DNA of 64,000 bases, taken from positions 32,001-96,000 of the forward strand of contig CAWDYC010000010.1 of NCBI GenBank assembly GCA_963806535.1, given 5' to 3'. The stretch's first letter is position 1, and each line of letters opens with the position of its first letter. Below, in pieces: positions 43,903 through 55,163 of this stretch. This DNA is from Candidatus Bathyarchaeota archaeon. Lineage in GTDB: Archaea; Thermoproteota; Bathyarchaeia; Bathyarchaeales; Bathycorpusculaceae. The translations under genes and the position numbers were made by a program. The notes beneath the pieces were generated by a model that saw only the letters and a program-made list of their open reading frames with translations, did not search any database and had not been told where the DNA came from.

Positions 43903-44184
43903 ATGCCCCTAACTGAGAAAGTTACCTTTACAACAAAGCTTCAGAGCGCCAAATAAGGTGCAGATTCCAAAGGTGGTTCGGTGGCGTTTCAAAATGGAGA
44001 GCTGATCAGGCGTTAAAGGTTGGCGTGAATTTTTTAGAGTCTGCATAAGGGCTGGCAGTTTTTTTATGCAAAAATGCGAAAAGACGGACGCATATCAATT
44101 CCAAAGTTGGTGTTGAGTCTTTTTGAAGATGAAAAAACAAGTTTGGCTGGATATACTTTAGAGGTAATGATTGAACCAGCATAA
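43903..44184 (+). CDS. tandem AbrB-like (double swapped-hairpin) protein, frameshifted, absent from the ORF track
   Basis: Reconstructed MPLTEKVTFTTKLQSANKVQIPKVVRWRFKME...FYAKMRKDGRISIPKLVLSLF...LEVMIEPA*. Confidence 0.55.
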
Positions 44185-44238
44185 CTCTGCGAATGCAGTC
44201 TTAACTCGGTTTATCTATTGGTTGAAGAAATCTGCAAT

Positions 44239-44622
44239 TTACTTTAACATTTTTCTAGATATTTTTCTATAATCAAGGTAAGCAAAGATTACCAGTATTC
44301 CAGTCCAAGTTAAGAATACGCCGTGAATGCCTCCAATGAAAATGGGTTCCGAGATTAGCCTATTGATTATTGAAATAGCAATTAGAAAAATGGGGCCCAT
44401 TTTATTTCTTCGAATAATCCACCCCAACGCAACCAAGTTTAGAACAGCAAAAACAACAGAGTTAGCAACTGCGATTCTATAATCAACGGCTAAAGAAAAA
44501 CGTGCCTGCCCAAGAGGAATTCTAGGATTCACTATCCACAGAAATATTGAAACAACTTCACCAATGATTGTTATTACAGTTAGAACTAACAATATTTTGT
44601 GGCTAAATCTTTCATAATGCAA
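44239..44622 (-). CDS. hypothetical membrane protein
   Basis: Four hydrophobic segments; start uncertain. Confidence 0.55.
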   Translation of the reverse strand: MHYERFSHKILLVLTVITIIGEVVSIFLWIVNPRIPLGQARFSLAVDYRIAVANSVVFAVLNLVALGWIIRRNKMGPIFLIAISIINRLISEPIFIGGIHGVFLTWTGILVIFAYLDYRKISRKMLK

Positions 44623-45065
44623 CTAAATGGGGTTCAATAGAATAAACGTTTGAATGACTAATTTCCAAGCCAATAGCATACAATATCAGTGGAAGGATAT
44701 GTCCGTTTTCAGATACATCTCTTTGGCGACGCCAGAATCCTCTTAAACTTACAGGACAACTAAAACACACGAGCCCAAGCTTTTCCATCTAAAATCTGCT
44801 CGTTTATCTTCGCCGCGCAAAGAGTGGACTTAGAGAACAGCTTGGAGTAATCATATAGTGAGCAAGCGTTTTTCCCTAAAAGGGCGTTTGGTCGCTATCG
44901 TCGCCTAAAGAGTGATGTCGTGTGAAAACTCTGTTTCTATCTTCATTTTTAGTTATGCGCAGGATGGAAACTCAACCCTTCTTTGTGAGATTATCCGTAT
45001 CGAAATTGAATATCCTGATGGATTTGGATTTCTTAGATTTTGAAAATCGATTTACTCGATTAATA

Positions 45066-46175
45066 CGCGCTGGCTTGTCCCTAAATCAAGTTAACGTTTA
45101 TTTTTGAGGTTGGGTCCCGTATCAAGTGAGTTACGTCCAAGCTTAGGAGGTGAGTCCTAGCGGGACAAGATGAACACGAAACCCTTGAAACCCTGTTCCG
45201 AAACGTAGACTTAAGCTTTGCTAACAACGTTGTCAACAGTTGCTTTCACAGAGATGGCCCAGGAAGACCGCCAAGAAATCCGTTGGGCATCTTCAGAACG
45301 TTCATCATAATGCGTATGAAGAGAGTTCGCAGCTTAAGAGAGATGACTAGGCTTCTTGACGTTGATCAGAGACTCAGGAAGCTATGTTTAATCAGAGCAG
45401 GTGAGCGGGCATATCCAAGAAGCGTTCTAAGCAGGTTTACAAGAAAGATCGGGGAGGGTAAACTCAATAGAATAATTGACGAGAAAGTTGTTTTGCTTCT
45501 GATCGGTAATCGGACTGAAGAGGTTGATGTTGTACTTGATGCTTCCTTCATTAAAGCTTGGAGTACAAGAGATCCTATAGATAATCAAACTGGGTATTCT
45601 GACAAAGAAGCAAGAGTTGGAAGAACAGGCAGAAGCTACGCTTTAGGTTATAAAGTACACTTATCGATAGATTCCAAGACAATGCTTCCGTTATCTTGCT
45701 TGTTTGCTTCAGCCAACGACAATGAGAAGAAACATTCCTTGGTCATACTTGAAAAAGCAAAGCAGATTTTGAATAGTTCAGGTACTAAACTGAGAAGTTT
45801 AGTTGCTGATAGCCAATATAGCGATGGCAAAATTAGAACTGTAGTTGAAAAAGCAGTTATTCCTTATCCTGCAAACCAGAAACCAGGCGATAGAACTGTC
45901 TTGCGGGTTGATAAGAAGTTTAGGACTTACGGGCCCGAGGATCAGAAACGGGATTATCATAAGAGACCGCCTGTTGAAGCTGTGAATAGTTTCCTTAAAA
46001 CTCAATGCGGCATGGTTGTAAACAAAGTCAGGGGTTTACGGCAAGTGGCTACTTACGCATTGTTTAGCATCTTATGCTTGGTTCTTAACAGGGAAGCAGC
46101 TCATAACATTGGCAGAAAAGACAAAGCAGTGTCACCCACCTACTTCAACACATAGTATCGGGACAAGGCAGCGCG
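45066..46175 (+). mobile_element. IS4/IS5-type insertion sequence, copy 1
   Basis: TIRs CGCGCTGGCTTGTCCC (45066-45081) and GGGACAAGGCAGCGCG (46160-46175) flank the transposase. Confidence 0.85.
45157..46155 (+). CDS. DDE transposase
   Basis: GPGRPP, VLDASFI, GYKVHL, ADSQY, R..VEAVNSFLK; frame open from 45154, first canonical start only at 45283. Confidence 0.88.
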   Translation, partial: LAGQDEHETLETLFRNVDLSFANNVVNSCFHRDGPGRPPRNPLGIFRTFIIMRMKRVRSLREMTRLLDVDQRLRKLCLIRAGERAYPRSVLSRFTRKIGEGKLNRIIDEKVVLLLIGNRTEEVDVVLDASFIKAWSTRDPIDNQTGYSDKEARVGRTGRSYALGYKVHLSIDSKTMLPLSCLFASANDNEKKHSLVILEKAKQILNSSGTKLRSLVADSQYSDGKIRTVVEKAVIPYPANQKPGDRTVLRVDKKFRTYGPEDQKRDYHKRPPVEAVNSFLKTQCGMVVNKVRGLRQVATYALFSILCLVLNREAAHNIGRKDKAVSPTYFNT

Positions 46176-46991
46176 CTTACGTCGACTTGGTCAACGTTAA
46201 AATCTGTTTTTTCAGCTTTGCACCATAAGAATTCAAAGTACTCTTGACATAGAGTAACTATGTTTTTGTTGTTAGACCACAAAGAGAGGGCTGGATTTGC
46301 TGCGTCAATCGCCGAGACTGTTATCATGATTTCTTTTCGATCCCAAACGCTAAAAGTCGTCGTAGGTGGCTCTGACATCACTTTTACTGTAAAATCGGAG
46401 TATCTCTTGAAAATTTCAATCGCTTTCCAGAAGGCGTTAGTTTTTCCTACCCGTGGCATAATCATTCTGCAATTTACTTTTCTTGCTAAAGCTTCTTCCA
46501 AACAGGAAGAGTATTCAGTGAGCCAAGAAAGCATTCCTCTTGTTAAGCCTAAAAAACAGACGCATTCTTGAGCGTTCATGGTAATTTTTTGGGCTCTAGC
46601 GTATACATTGCGTTTTGTGGGAATTAATACAAATTGGTTTTGCTCACCAACTCCTTTGGCTAGAAGACTCTGCTTGAAGTTCCGCGTTAATTTTAGCGCT
46701 TTCTCCTTAAGCTCCGCTGTTTTCTTTACCCTGTTAAGAAGTAGAGTTGAAAAGCACTCATCGATAGGTGTGGCCTCAAAACTCATTGATTTACCTAATA
46801 ACCTTTCGGCAAGACCGATTTTTTCAAGATCATACAGCGCTCGATACGCATCTGGCCTTGCTACTCGTGAAATTGCTGACACTTCTTTTGCTGAGAAGAC
46901 GTTTTGCTTTGGCCAGTGCAATGAAAACCTTAGCTTGCGTGGAGTTCAAGCCTAGTTCTCCCAAAAAGGTCACGTATTCAACGTCACTCAT
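46145..46991 (-). CDS. TrmB-family transcriptional regulator; frameshift near 46910
   Basis: ATG at 46991: LGLNSTQAKVFIAL...ISRVARPDAYRALYDLEKIGL; effector domain WDRKEI, LWSNN. Confidence 0.8.
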
Positions 46992-47142
46992 GTTGCACGC
47001 CGACAAAAACTATGTTGTTGACTATATGTAAGCCTTTCTAGTTGTTGGTGGGCGTCCCAACTACAAGGTATTAAATGCATTTTGAAATATATCAAGAAGT
47101 TGTATACACTTGGTGTGTACTAAAATTTTGGAGAAAGGAATA

Positions 47143-49759
47143 ATGCGATTGAAAAAGGGTACAACTAGAGCGATTACGCTATTTCTAATTACTAGCAATG
47201 GTGGCTACCCTTGCGTTCCCGTTTGGCAATGCGGCATTTACATTATATCCATACTGTACTGCATCGCCTAACCCAGTAGGTGTGGGTCAACAAGTGCTGG
47301 TCGTTTTTGGGTTCACTTTTCCAACGAGAGGACTTGGATTTCCAGGATATGACGGTTGGACCGTGATTATCACAGATCCTACTGGAAAGGTTCAGACTCT
47401 TGGACCATTCAATGCTGATTCGACAGGAAGCACGTTTGCGAATTTTACTCCTGACAAGGTTGGCAACTGGACAATCAAAGCGCACTATCCCGGAGGAAAG
47501 GTGGATTTTGCTACTACCTTTAATCAGATAGAGCCAGCAGCAGACACTCCCGTATTCGTGCTCAATGTGCAGCAGACACAGCTGACTTATCCTAGTGGTA
47601 TTCCACTGCCGACGGCATACTGGCAGTTTCCACAATACGGAGAGAACGATGCTTGGACTAACGTCGCGGGCAACTGGTTGATGCCAGGTTATGATACAAG
47701 CAGGCAATTTGACTGGGGCAGCATGAACGGAGCTTACAATCCATACAGCACTGTGCCAACCACGACGCACGTACTATGGACTAGACCGACTTTGTTTGGA
47801 GGCGTAGCGCCAGGATCCGCCTCGCCAGAGTCGTCAAGCATAGTGGACATGTATACAGGGTCGGCGTACGTACGACAGCTACAACCGCCAATTATCATCA
47901 ACGGAAGGCTCTACTGGAAAGAAATGAATGAACCCCGAATGGGTTGGCACTGCACTGATCTCGCAACTGGACAAGACATTTGGTTTGTTAATGGAACCTA
48001 TCCATCAGCATCTGGGTCGCTTGTAATGGCCCAAGATGCACAGATAACGCTAGGTCAAATACTAACAGTTGGATCGAGGAACTTTCATGGCGGCATGGCC
48101 TACTTATGGAGTACTACTGGTGGCGCACTGCCAGTCGGTACACTTTACGGAACAACATGGGCAATGTGGGATGCATTTACAGGCTCTTTGCAACTAACGA
48201 TTAAGAATTGTCCCGTAGAATCGACGGATGGTTTCGGGTTGACTTTCTTTGAGGACAGAATAACTGGGGCTCTTCTGTGCTATGTGCTTGAAAACTCTCA
48301 AAACAGCACTACCCTAGTCAAGTGGAATTCAACACGATTGATGGATCAATCTGTTTCGCAAACTATGGGTGGATGGTACAGTGCAAGACCAATGTACAAT
48401 CTGGATTGGCGAAATGGCATAGAATGGAATGTTACCTTACCTTCTCTAGGTCCACCAATTCTTGAAACTGTAGCTACCAACGCTACAAGCATAACTCAGG
48501 TGCTAGGTTACTACTACTATCCTGCTATGGCTATAGCTGCATGGGATCCTAAAGATCCCTCGGTACTGATCATAACCAATCAGACTCGCGGATTATCCAG
48601 TTCCCCAGATGCTTACACAGACTTGGCTGTTTCAGGTATAGATGGACATGTAATGTGGCAGAAAACACGCAACGAAGGAACATGGGAAATGATAGTTGGA
48701 GGCAGGGCGATGTCAGTGGCAGACGGAATATACGTTAACTTCAGGAAAGAGACAAGACAAGCATATGCTTACAGTATCGCTACAGGGGAACAAGTTTGGG
48801 TTTCCAATCCTCGCCCTAACCAATGGGGCATGTACATTATGGGAGGAGCAATCCTCAACGGCAAACTCTATTGGATCGCATACGACGGAGAGCTATGGGC
48901 GAATGACGCAAAGACTGGAGCATTATTATGGAAATGGGGACCTGTTAATTCCGGGCTTGTCACACCCTACAGTGTTTATCCGCTTTACGGTGGCATAACC
49001 GCTGCATCTGACAAAATAATCGTAATGAACGGCGAGCACTCTGCTGATTCGCCGCTGTACAGAGGAGAGCAAATGTACTGCATCAACATGTCCAACGGCG
49101 CAGAAATATGGCGTATGCCTGGATGGTGGCAACAACCAGTCGCCGCAAACAGCATCATTTTAGCGCCTAACTGCTATGACGGCCAATTCTACTGTTTTGG
49201 TAAGGGTCCAAGTGCAACCACAGTCTCAGCGCCAGACACCGCTATAACTCAGGGGCAAAGCATCGTTGTAAAAGGTATGGTGACCGACATTTCAGCTGGC
49301 ACAACGCAAACCGTGATGGCAGCCCGCTTTCCAGAAGGAGTCCCAGCAGTATCTGACAATAGCATGACTCAATGGATGGAATACCTATATCAGCAGAAGC
49401 CGATTCCAACCAACGTTACAGGCGTTCCAGTTACATTGACCGTCGTTGACGCTAATGGCAATTACAGAACAATAGGCACGACGACGAGCGACTCCAGCGG
49501 ATCATACAGCTATGTATGGCAGCCGGATATTCCCGGCAAGTACACGTTGACAGCTACCTTCACCGGTTCAGATTCCTATTATAGCTCCAATGCAGAAACC
49601 GCCTTTGACGTAACTCCAGCAACTGCGACCCCCGCAGCTACTCTTGCAGCTCAGTTGACGTCTGAACTATACTTTATGCCAGCAGTCTTGGGCATCATCG
49701 TCACAATCATTGTAGTTGGCGCTGTAATAGTAGTGCTAACGCTCAGAAAACGACCATAA
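47143..49759 (+). CDS. PQQ-type beta-propeller cell-surface protein (frameshift in signal peptide)
   Basis: PNPVGVGQ, repeated W-containing propeller blades, FGKGPSATTV, WQPDIPG, TM + RKR. Confidence 0.85.
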
Positions 49760-49935
49760 ACAAAAGGAAACCACTAAATCATCCCCCTTTTTTTGGGTAT
49801 TGCCACATCCGACAGCCCAGATGCCAAAAGTTTTTTTCTTTGGAAGCGCGCTGGTTTGTCCCGAAATTACTAATGTTTATGTTTTAGTTGGGGTCTCGTA
49901 TTTTTTGAGAAACGTCCAAGCTTAGGAGGGGAATC

Positions 49936-50936
49936 CTAGCGGGACAAGATGAACACGAGACCCTAGAAACCCTCTTCAAAAACATAGACTTAAGCTTTGC
50001 CAAAACAGCCCTGCTCAGTTGCTTCCATACCAATGGACCCGGCAGACCAGCCAGAAACCCCTCAGGCATTTTCAGAGCCTTCATCGTAATGCGCATGAAG
50101 GGTGTACGTAGCCTTAGAGAGATGACGAGGCTTTTAGATGCTGATTCTAGGCTGAGAAAGTTATGCTTGCTCAAGCATGAAGAGAAAGGTTATCCGAGAA
50201 GTGTGCTGAGCAGATTTGCAAGAAGGCTTGGCCAAGAAAAGCTTAGCAGCATAATAGAAGAGAAAGTTGTCAAACTCCTCAAAAGCAACCGGTCAAAGCA
50301 GGTGGACGTTGTATTAGACGCTTCTTTCATCAAAGCTTGGAGCACTCGCGATCCAACAGATAACCAGATTGGATATTCAGACTCTGAAGCAAGAGTTGGA
50401 AGAACAGGTAGAAGCTTTGCTTTAGGCTATAAGCTACATTTATCGATTGATTCTGAAACTATGCTTCCTTTATCTAGTGTGATTGCTTCAGCTAATCAGA
50501 ACGAGAAGAAGCATTCGTTAACTATTCTCGAGAGGGCAAAGCAGGTTTTGAAGAGATTCTGGAGCTAAACTGAGAAGCGTAATTGCGGACAGCCAGTATA
50601 GTGATGGGAAATTACGAGATGGCTGTTAATAGAGCTGTGATTCCTTATCCAGCAAACCAGAAACCCGGCGATAGGAGTGTTTTGCGGGTAGATAAGAAGT
50701 TTAGGACTTACGGACCTGAGGATCAGAAGAAGGAATATCATAAGCGACCGCCTATTGAAGCTGTGAATAGTTTCCTTAAAACTCAATGCGGCATGGTTGT
50801 AAACAAAGTCAGGGGTTTACGGCAAGTGGCTACTTACGCATTGTTTAGCATCTTATGCTTGGTTCTTAACAGGGAAGCAGCTCAAAACATTGGCAGAAAA
50901 GACAAAGCAGTGTCACCAACGTACTTTAACACTTAA
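49936..50936 (+). CDS. DDE transposase copy 2, frameshifted near 50560-50620
   Basis: Homologous to 45157..46155 along its length. Confidence 0.82.
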
Positions 50937-51060
50937 CATCGACGCAAAGGAGATCGCGCTACCCAAATCCACCAGACAGCTCTTCTTGAGAAAATTAATC
51001 GTTACCGTGAAATTTAGAAAGTTCTAAATAGGCAGTTAAGCCCATTTTGGCTGTGAGAAC

Positions 51061-52143
51061 TTGAAGAAGCGTACTGTTGCCTGCCTACTTTTGATTGTTG
51101 CATTGTTAACTGCAACTGAATTTGCCGTCTTCTTTGCTGATGCTTCAACAGGCGATTTTTGGGTGGCAAAAGCACCGATACCTAGTTCTTCAAGCGGATT
51201 AGACAGTGTTGTCTTAAACGGCAAAGTGTATGTAATCGGAACAAATCTCACCACGCAGGGCGCGAGTGCTGACACCAACTCAAACTACATGTACGATCCA
51301 GCCACAAACACATGGACACAAAAAGCGCCTATGCCGTATTTCGAGGTAGACTTTGGTCTGACAACCTATCAAGGCCAAATCTACGTCATAGGTGGATGGT
51401 GGTTCGTTCCCACAGCAGCAATTCAAGTGTATAATCCAACCACTGACAGCTGGAGTAATTCGACAGAATTACAATTGCCAGTTGCTGAAGGCTTTCTCAG
51501 TGCCGTCACTGTTAACGGAAAAATCTACGTTATGGGCGGAGCATTCACAGGTTTAGCGGTTCCGATTCCCTATGGCATAAATGAAGTCTACGACCCAAAC
51601 AGCAATACATGGAATACACTAGCGAAAATGCCATCTCCAGTTATCGGGTTTGCCATGACAGCAGTCGGCGACAAAATCTATGTAATGGGCGGCAGCACAA
51701 ATGAGACTCAGATATACGATATTCAAACTAACACTTGGTCCTTTGGTTCACCTATACCTGTCACAACTAGTTACAGCGTTGCAGCAGAAACCACAGGCGT
51801 TTTTGCTCCAACAAGAATTTACTATATTGCTGGCCAAACCCAGATCTATGACCCTGAAACTGGCAACTGGTCAATTGGAGCCTCCGTGCCCACTTCTGGA
51901 GTAGAAACTTTAGCAACCGTCAATGACACAATCTATGCCATAGGAGGTTTCAATGGAACTTCAAACGAGCAATATTTCCCAGCTGGGTACACCGGCCCTG
52001 AACCTCAGGTCAGCCCAACCCCCTCTGTCAGCCCAACTCGCTCTGTTCCAGAATTCTCTTTAGCGACGTTTCCATTGCTCGCGTGTCTAGGCACAACACT
52101 TTTGGCTACTGTTTTTCTGAAACGACGCAGAACTAAGCATTAG
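51061..52143 (+). CDS. Kelch-repeat surface protein with PEF-CTERM-like tail
   Basis: Repeated KIYVxGG...YDP...W; VPEFSL + TM + KRRR. Confidence 0.9.
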   Translation: MKKRTVACLLLIVALLTATEFAVFFADASTGDFWVAKAPIPSSSSGLDSVVLNGKVYVIGTNLTTQGASADTNSNYMYDPATNTWTQKAPMPYFEVDFGLTTYQGQIYVIGGWWFVPTAAIQVYNPTTDSWSNSTELQLPVAEGFLSAVTVNGKIYVMGGAFTGLAVPIPYGINEVYDPNSNTWNTLAKMPSPVIGFAMTAVGDKIYVMGGSTNETQIYDIQTNTWSFGSPIPVTTSYSVAAETTGVFAPTRIYYIAGQTQIYDPETGNWSIGASVPTSGVETLATVNDTIYAIGGFNGTSNEQYFPAGYTGPEPQVSPTPSVSPTRSVPEFSLATFPLLACLGTTLLATVFLKRRRTKH

Positions 52144-52295
52144 CCTAAAAGCGTCTCTGAAGCGCTTGTGCTGTGCCTTGACTAACTAAGTTGATGAATG
52201 CTTAATTTCGGGACAAGGCAGCGCGCGATAATTTCCGAAGTCTTGGTTCTCGCATCAGAGAATAAACAAAACGGAATTTTGGAGGTGAAAACAAA

Positions 52296-52680
52296 TTGAA
52301 AAATACAGCAGAATGTACTACGCAGGATGAGTGTCCTATTATTCTGACTAGGCACACAGACAGTATTGACACACAAACTTTGCGAAAAAAGTGGATAACT
52401 GAACTAGATGACCTATTTGACATGGCTAATTTGATAGCTAAAGGAACGGTGGATCAGCAGGAAGTTGGTGGCAAGTTGCAGTCTATAACGCCTAAAGAAC
52501 GACAAATGTGGGCACAAGTAACAGCAAACATCGGACAAGTTATGGGCAATTTGGCAAAAGCGCACGATGAAACACAGTTTAATGATGATTTTGCGAGATT
52601 AGAGAGAGTTGATTAATCAAGTCAAGGCATTGCATCGTGAAGCAGTTGCAAAGCAAGGAATAGTACAATCAAGTAGTTAA
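52296..52680 (+). CDS. hypothetical helical protein (3' frameshift likely)
   Basis: GGAGGTGA RBS before TTG; ORF 52296..52616. Confidence 0.5.
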
Positions 52681-52892
52681 GAAACCGCTGGACATGAAGT
52701 GACAAATTGGACTCTTAGTTTGAGATTTTCTTCTTTTTTTTCTTAGATTGGTTTTTAGGGAAAATTTGATTTTAACCCGATTTAAACTCGAAAATGCCAT
52801 TATCCATTTTGCAGCTTGGTTTTGCCATTAATTGCGAGAGGTATCATCTTAAATATTCAAGTTTGTTTAAAAGAAACCGGTTGTGAAAAGCC

Positions 52893-53599
52893 ATGAAATG
52901 TTCTAAGAGCATTTCTAATACTCCTGATAAAGCAAAAAATTCTGCTAAATCTGGCTCAGATTCACCTGTTCGACGGTTTGAAAAAAGTATGAAGATTGAT
53001 TATGAAAAGTGGCACGATGGAGTAGGTTATGATTTAGAAGCATTAAAGTCAACTACGCCAGATCAACTCAAAACAATCGAACAGATATTGATCAATCATT
53101 GCCCTCGGGACTGGAGAGACATTGAAGCCCTCGCTCAAATCGACACAATAACAGCTCGAGAAACTGTAAAGAACGCTCTGAAGGACCCCAACGTGGATAT
53201 TCAAATTGCAGTCACAAGGTTCGCTCCAAATCTCTTAACGAAAACTGAACGAAGCCATACACTCATCAGGGCATTAGAAACTGCAGAAATATTTAATGGG
53301 CTCTCACAAGTACTTGATCAAATCGAGGGATATCATCCAAAAGAAATCATAGAAGCCCTCATGGAGGGATTATTAAATCGAGAGGGTGAAGTGCAGTCCT
53401 CTTTGCTGGAATGCTCTTTTACATATATGCAAAAGCATCTGTTGTTTTTGACTGGAGTCAGCGACCTTTCTTTCTTCGGTTTAACACCGAGAATAAAGAT
53501 GACCGAAGGCAGGCATTCTTAGAACTATGCAAACAACTCGACGTCAATCCAGAAAAATATTTAGCTCGAAATGATAAACTTGAAGAACCTCATAAATAA
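52893..53599 (+). CDS. hypothetical HEAT-like repeat protein, frameshifted
   Basis: YEKWHDGVGYDL, DWRDIEALA; continues in 53411..53599. Confidence 0.6.
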
Positions 53600-53638
53600 C
53601 CGATTTTACGATAGATAAGCCTTTTCTGGTTTTGATTG

Positions 53639-53679
53639 TTATTGCACAAAAAATATGTTCGTGCAAAGCCTTTTCGATT
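53639..53679. repeat. 41-bp hairpin repeat, copy 1
   Basis: 38/41 identical to 60553-60593; TTGCAC-N13-GTGCAA. Confidence 0.75.
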
Positions 53680-53835
53680 TGGATTACACAGCAATGCCGA
53701 TCGACTGGGCAGTTGACGCTGCAATTGGAGAAAGAATTCGGAGAGCATATTGCTAAAAAAAGAGGCTGGCATTGGGACTAGCAAATTTTGCAATGGATAC
53801 TTGGGGTGAAACGGAGATGGTTTTGGGCTATGTGC

Positions 53836-54777
53836 TTACTGTTGAGTTGGTTGGGACATATACAGTAAAGTTCCATTTGGTTTAAAGACCGCGATTAAGA
53901 CAGCCTCGCCATTAATGTATCCGTTCGGCAATACTGTCTGATGGCTTCCGATGAATTGCACAAATAAGCCATCATAATCTGTATTGCCACCATATGTTAA
54001 GGTTATAGTTAAGGAATCTATTGTTGGCAAGTTGGATGTCCTGTTTTGAGCAATTTCCAAGGCACGATCATAAAACCATTGAAGTCCCAAGGCATCTATT
54101 TGCGCAAATGAGTCTTTGGCTGCCAGCCCTTGAGGATGAAATTGGTTCACACTGTAAGTTCCAACGTTAACATGGTAAGGATACCCTTGACTGGAAAGGA
54201 AATAAAAATATGTGTTTGATTTTTGTCCGTAAAAATCAACCTGGACCTGTCCGCCGGGGAATGATGAGTCGAGTTTAATATTTTCTGCTTCCGTTGGTCC
54301 AAATTGGAGTGTTAACAACTTGTAAGTTGGGGTGCTTTCAATGTCTTGTAACATCTGAGATAGAGAGAAATTTAGCATATTGTTTTTTGAAATGGTAGTG
54401 CTTGTTTGAGAGGTTGAGTAAGTTGGCGGATAACCTGCATTCGAAATCAAATTAAATTCAACTGCCGTAAAACTTATCACAAAAATCAAGACAGCAACCA
54501 TGAAAAATTTGAACACTTTCCTTACGTTTCCGTGCGAGAAACGCCAAAGTAGTCCACCGACTAAAATTAGAGTAATAAATACAAATTTTAACCACGAATT
54601 TAGTAACAAAACTGAACAGAATAATCCGGCAATCACTAGAAAACCCATAACCAAGTTCTGAAAAATTATTCTCGCTCTACTTGCTTTGCTTTGGTTTGGC
54701 AGAGCATGGGTACGCAAAATTGGTTCTTGAGGAAGCCAACCGCGACTGAACTTCAAGAGATGCCTCTTTAGATCCAT
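53836..54777 (-). CDS. membrane protein with N-terminal RGWLPQ motif and extracellular domain
   Basis: MDLKRHLLKFSRGWLPQEP; three TM helices. Confidence 0.7.
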   Translation of the reverse strand: MDLKRHLLKFSRGWLPQEPILRTHALPNQSKASRARIIFQNLVMGFLVIAGLFCSVLLLNSWLKFVFITLILVGGLLWRFSHGNVRKVFKFFMVAVLIFVISFTAVEFNLISNAGYPPTYSTSQTSTTISKNNMLNFSLSQMLQDIESTPTYKLLTLQFGPTEAENIKLDSSFPGGQVQVDFYGQKSNTYFYFLSSQGYPYHVNVGTYSVNQFHPQGLAAKDSFAQIDALGLQWFYDRALEIAQNRTSNLPTIDSLTITLTYGGNTDYDGLFVQFIGSHQTVLPNGYINGEAVLIAVFKPNGTLLYMSQPTQQ

Positions 54778-54782
54778 ATTTC

Positions 54783-55163
54783 TTAAAGCCCTCCAAATAA
54801 TAACCGAACAACAATCACTACTGAAAATAAAATTGCAAGGTTTATAGCTAGAATCGCAAGATTTCGCATTCTTGCTGTGTTGGTTGGTTTTGGCAAAACG
54901 CCTTTATGCACAAGGTAAGCTGCTACAATATTAGCAATGATAATAACTAATAGCGCCGCGAAGCCGAATATCTGTTGTTGAATAAAAGGCAAATAGATTA
55001 CTGTCAAGGCTATTATGACCGCTAAAACTCCAAAGACAATTGAAAATCGAAGAGTCTTTGACGATTTAATTGGTGCTTGGAATGTTCTGGTCTCGTTACT
55101 AGGGCGTGGTTTTTGGGGAAGCCAGCCTCTAATTCGTGATTCTAAACTTTTTTTGACATTCAA
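54783..55163 (-). CDS. membrane protein with N-terminal RGWLPQ motif
   Basis: MNVKKSLESRIRGWLPQKP; three TM helices. Confidence 0.7.
   Translation of the reverse strand: MNVKKSLESRIRGWLPQKPRPSNETRTFQAPIKSSKTLRFSIVFGVLAVIIALTVIYLPFIQQQIFGFAALLVIIIANIVAAYLVHKGVLPKPTNTARMRNLAILAINLAILFSVVIVVRLLFGGL

Larger units (their letters stand above)
49846..52226 (+). mobile_element. IS copy 2 with passenger Kelch gene (transporter-IS-like)
   Basis: 24-bp TIRs GCGCGCTGGTTTGTCCCGAAATTA (49846-49869) and TAATTTCGGGACAAGGCAGCGCGC (52203-52226), 22/24 complementary. Confidence 0.75.
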
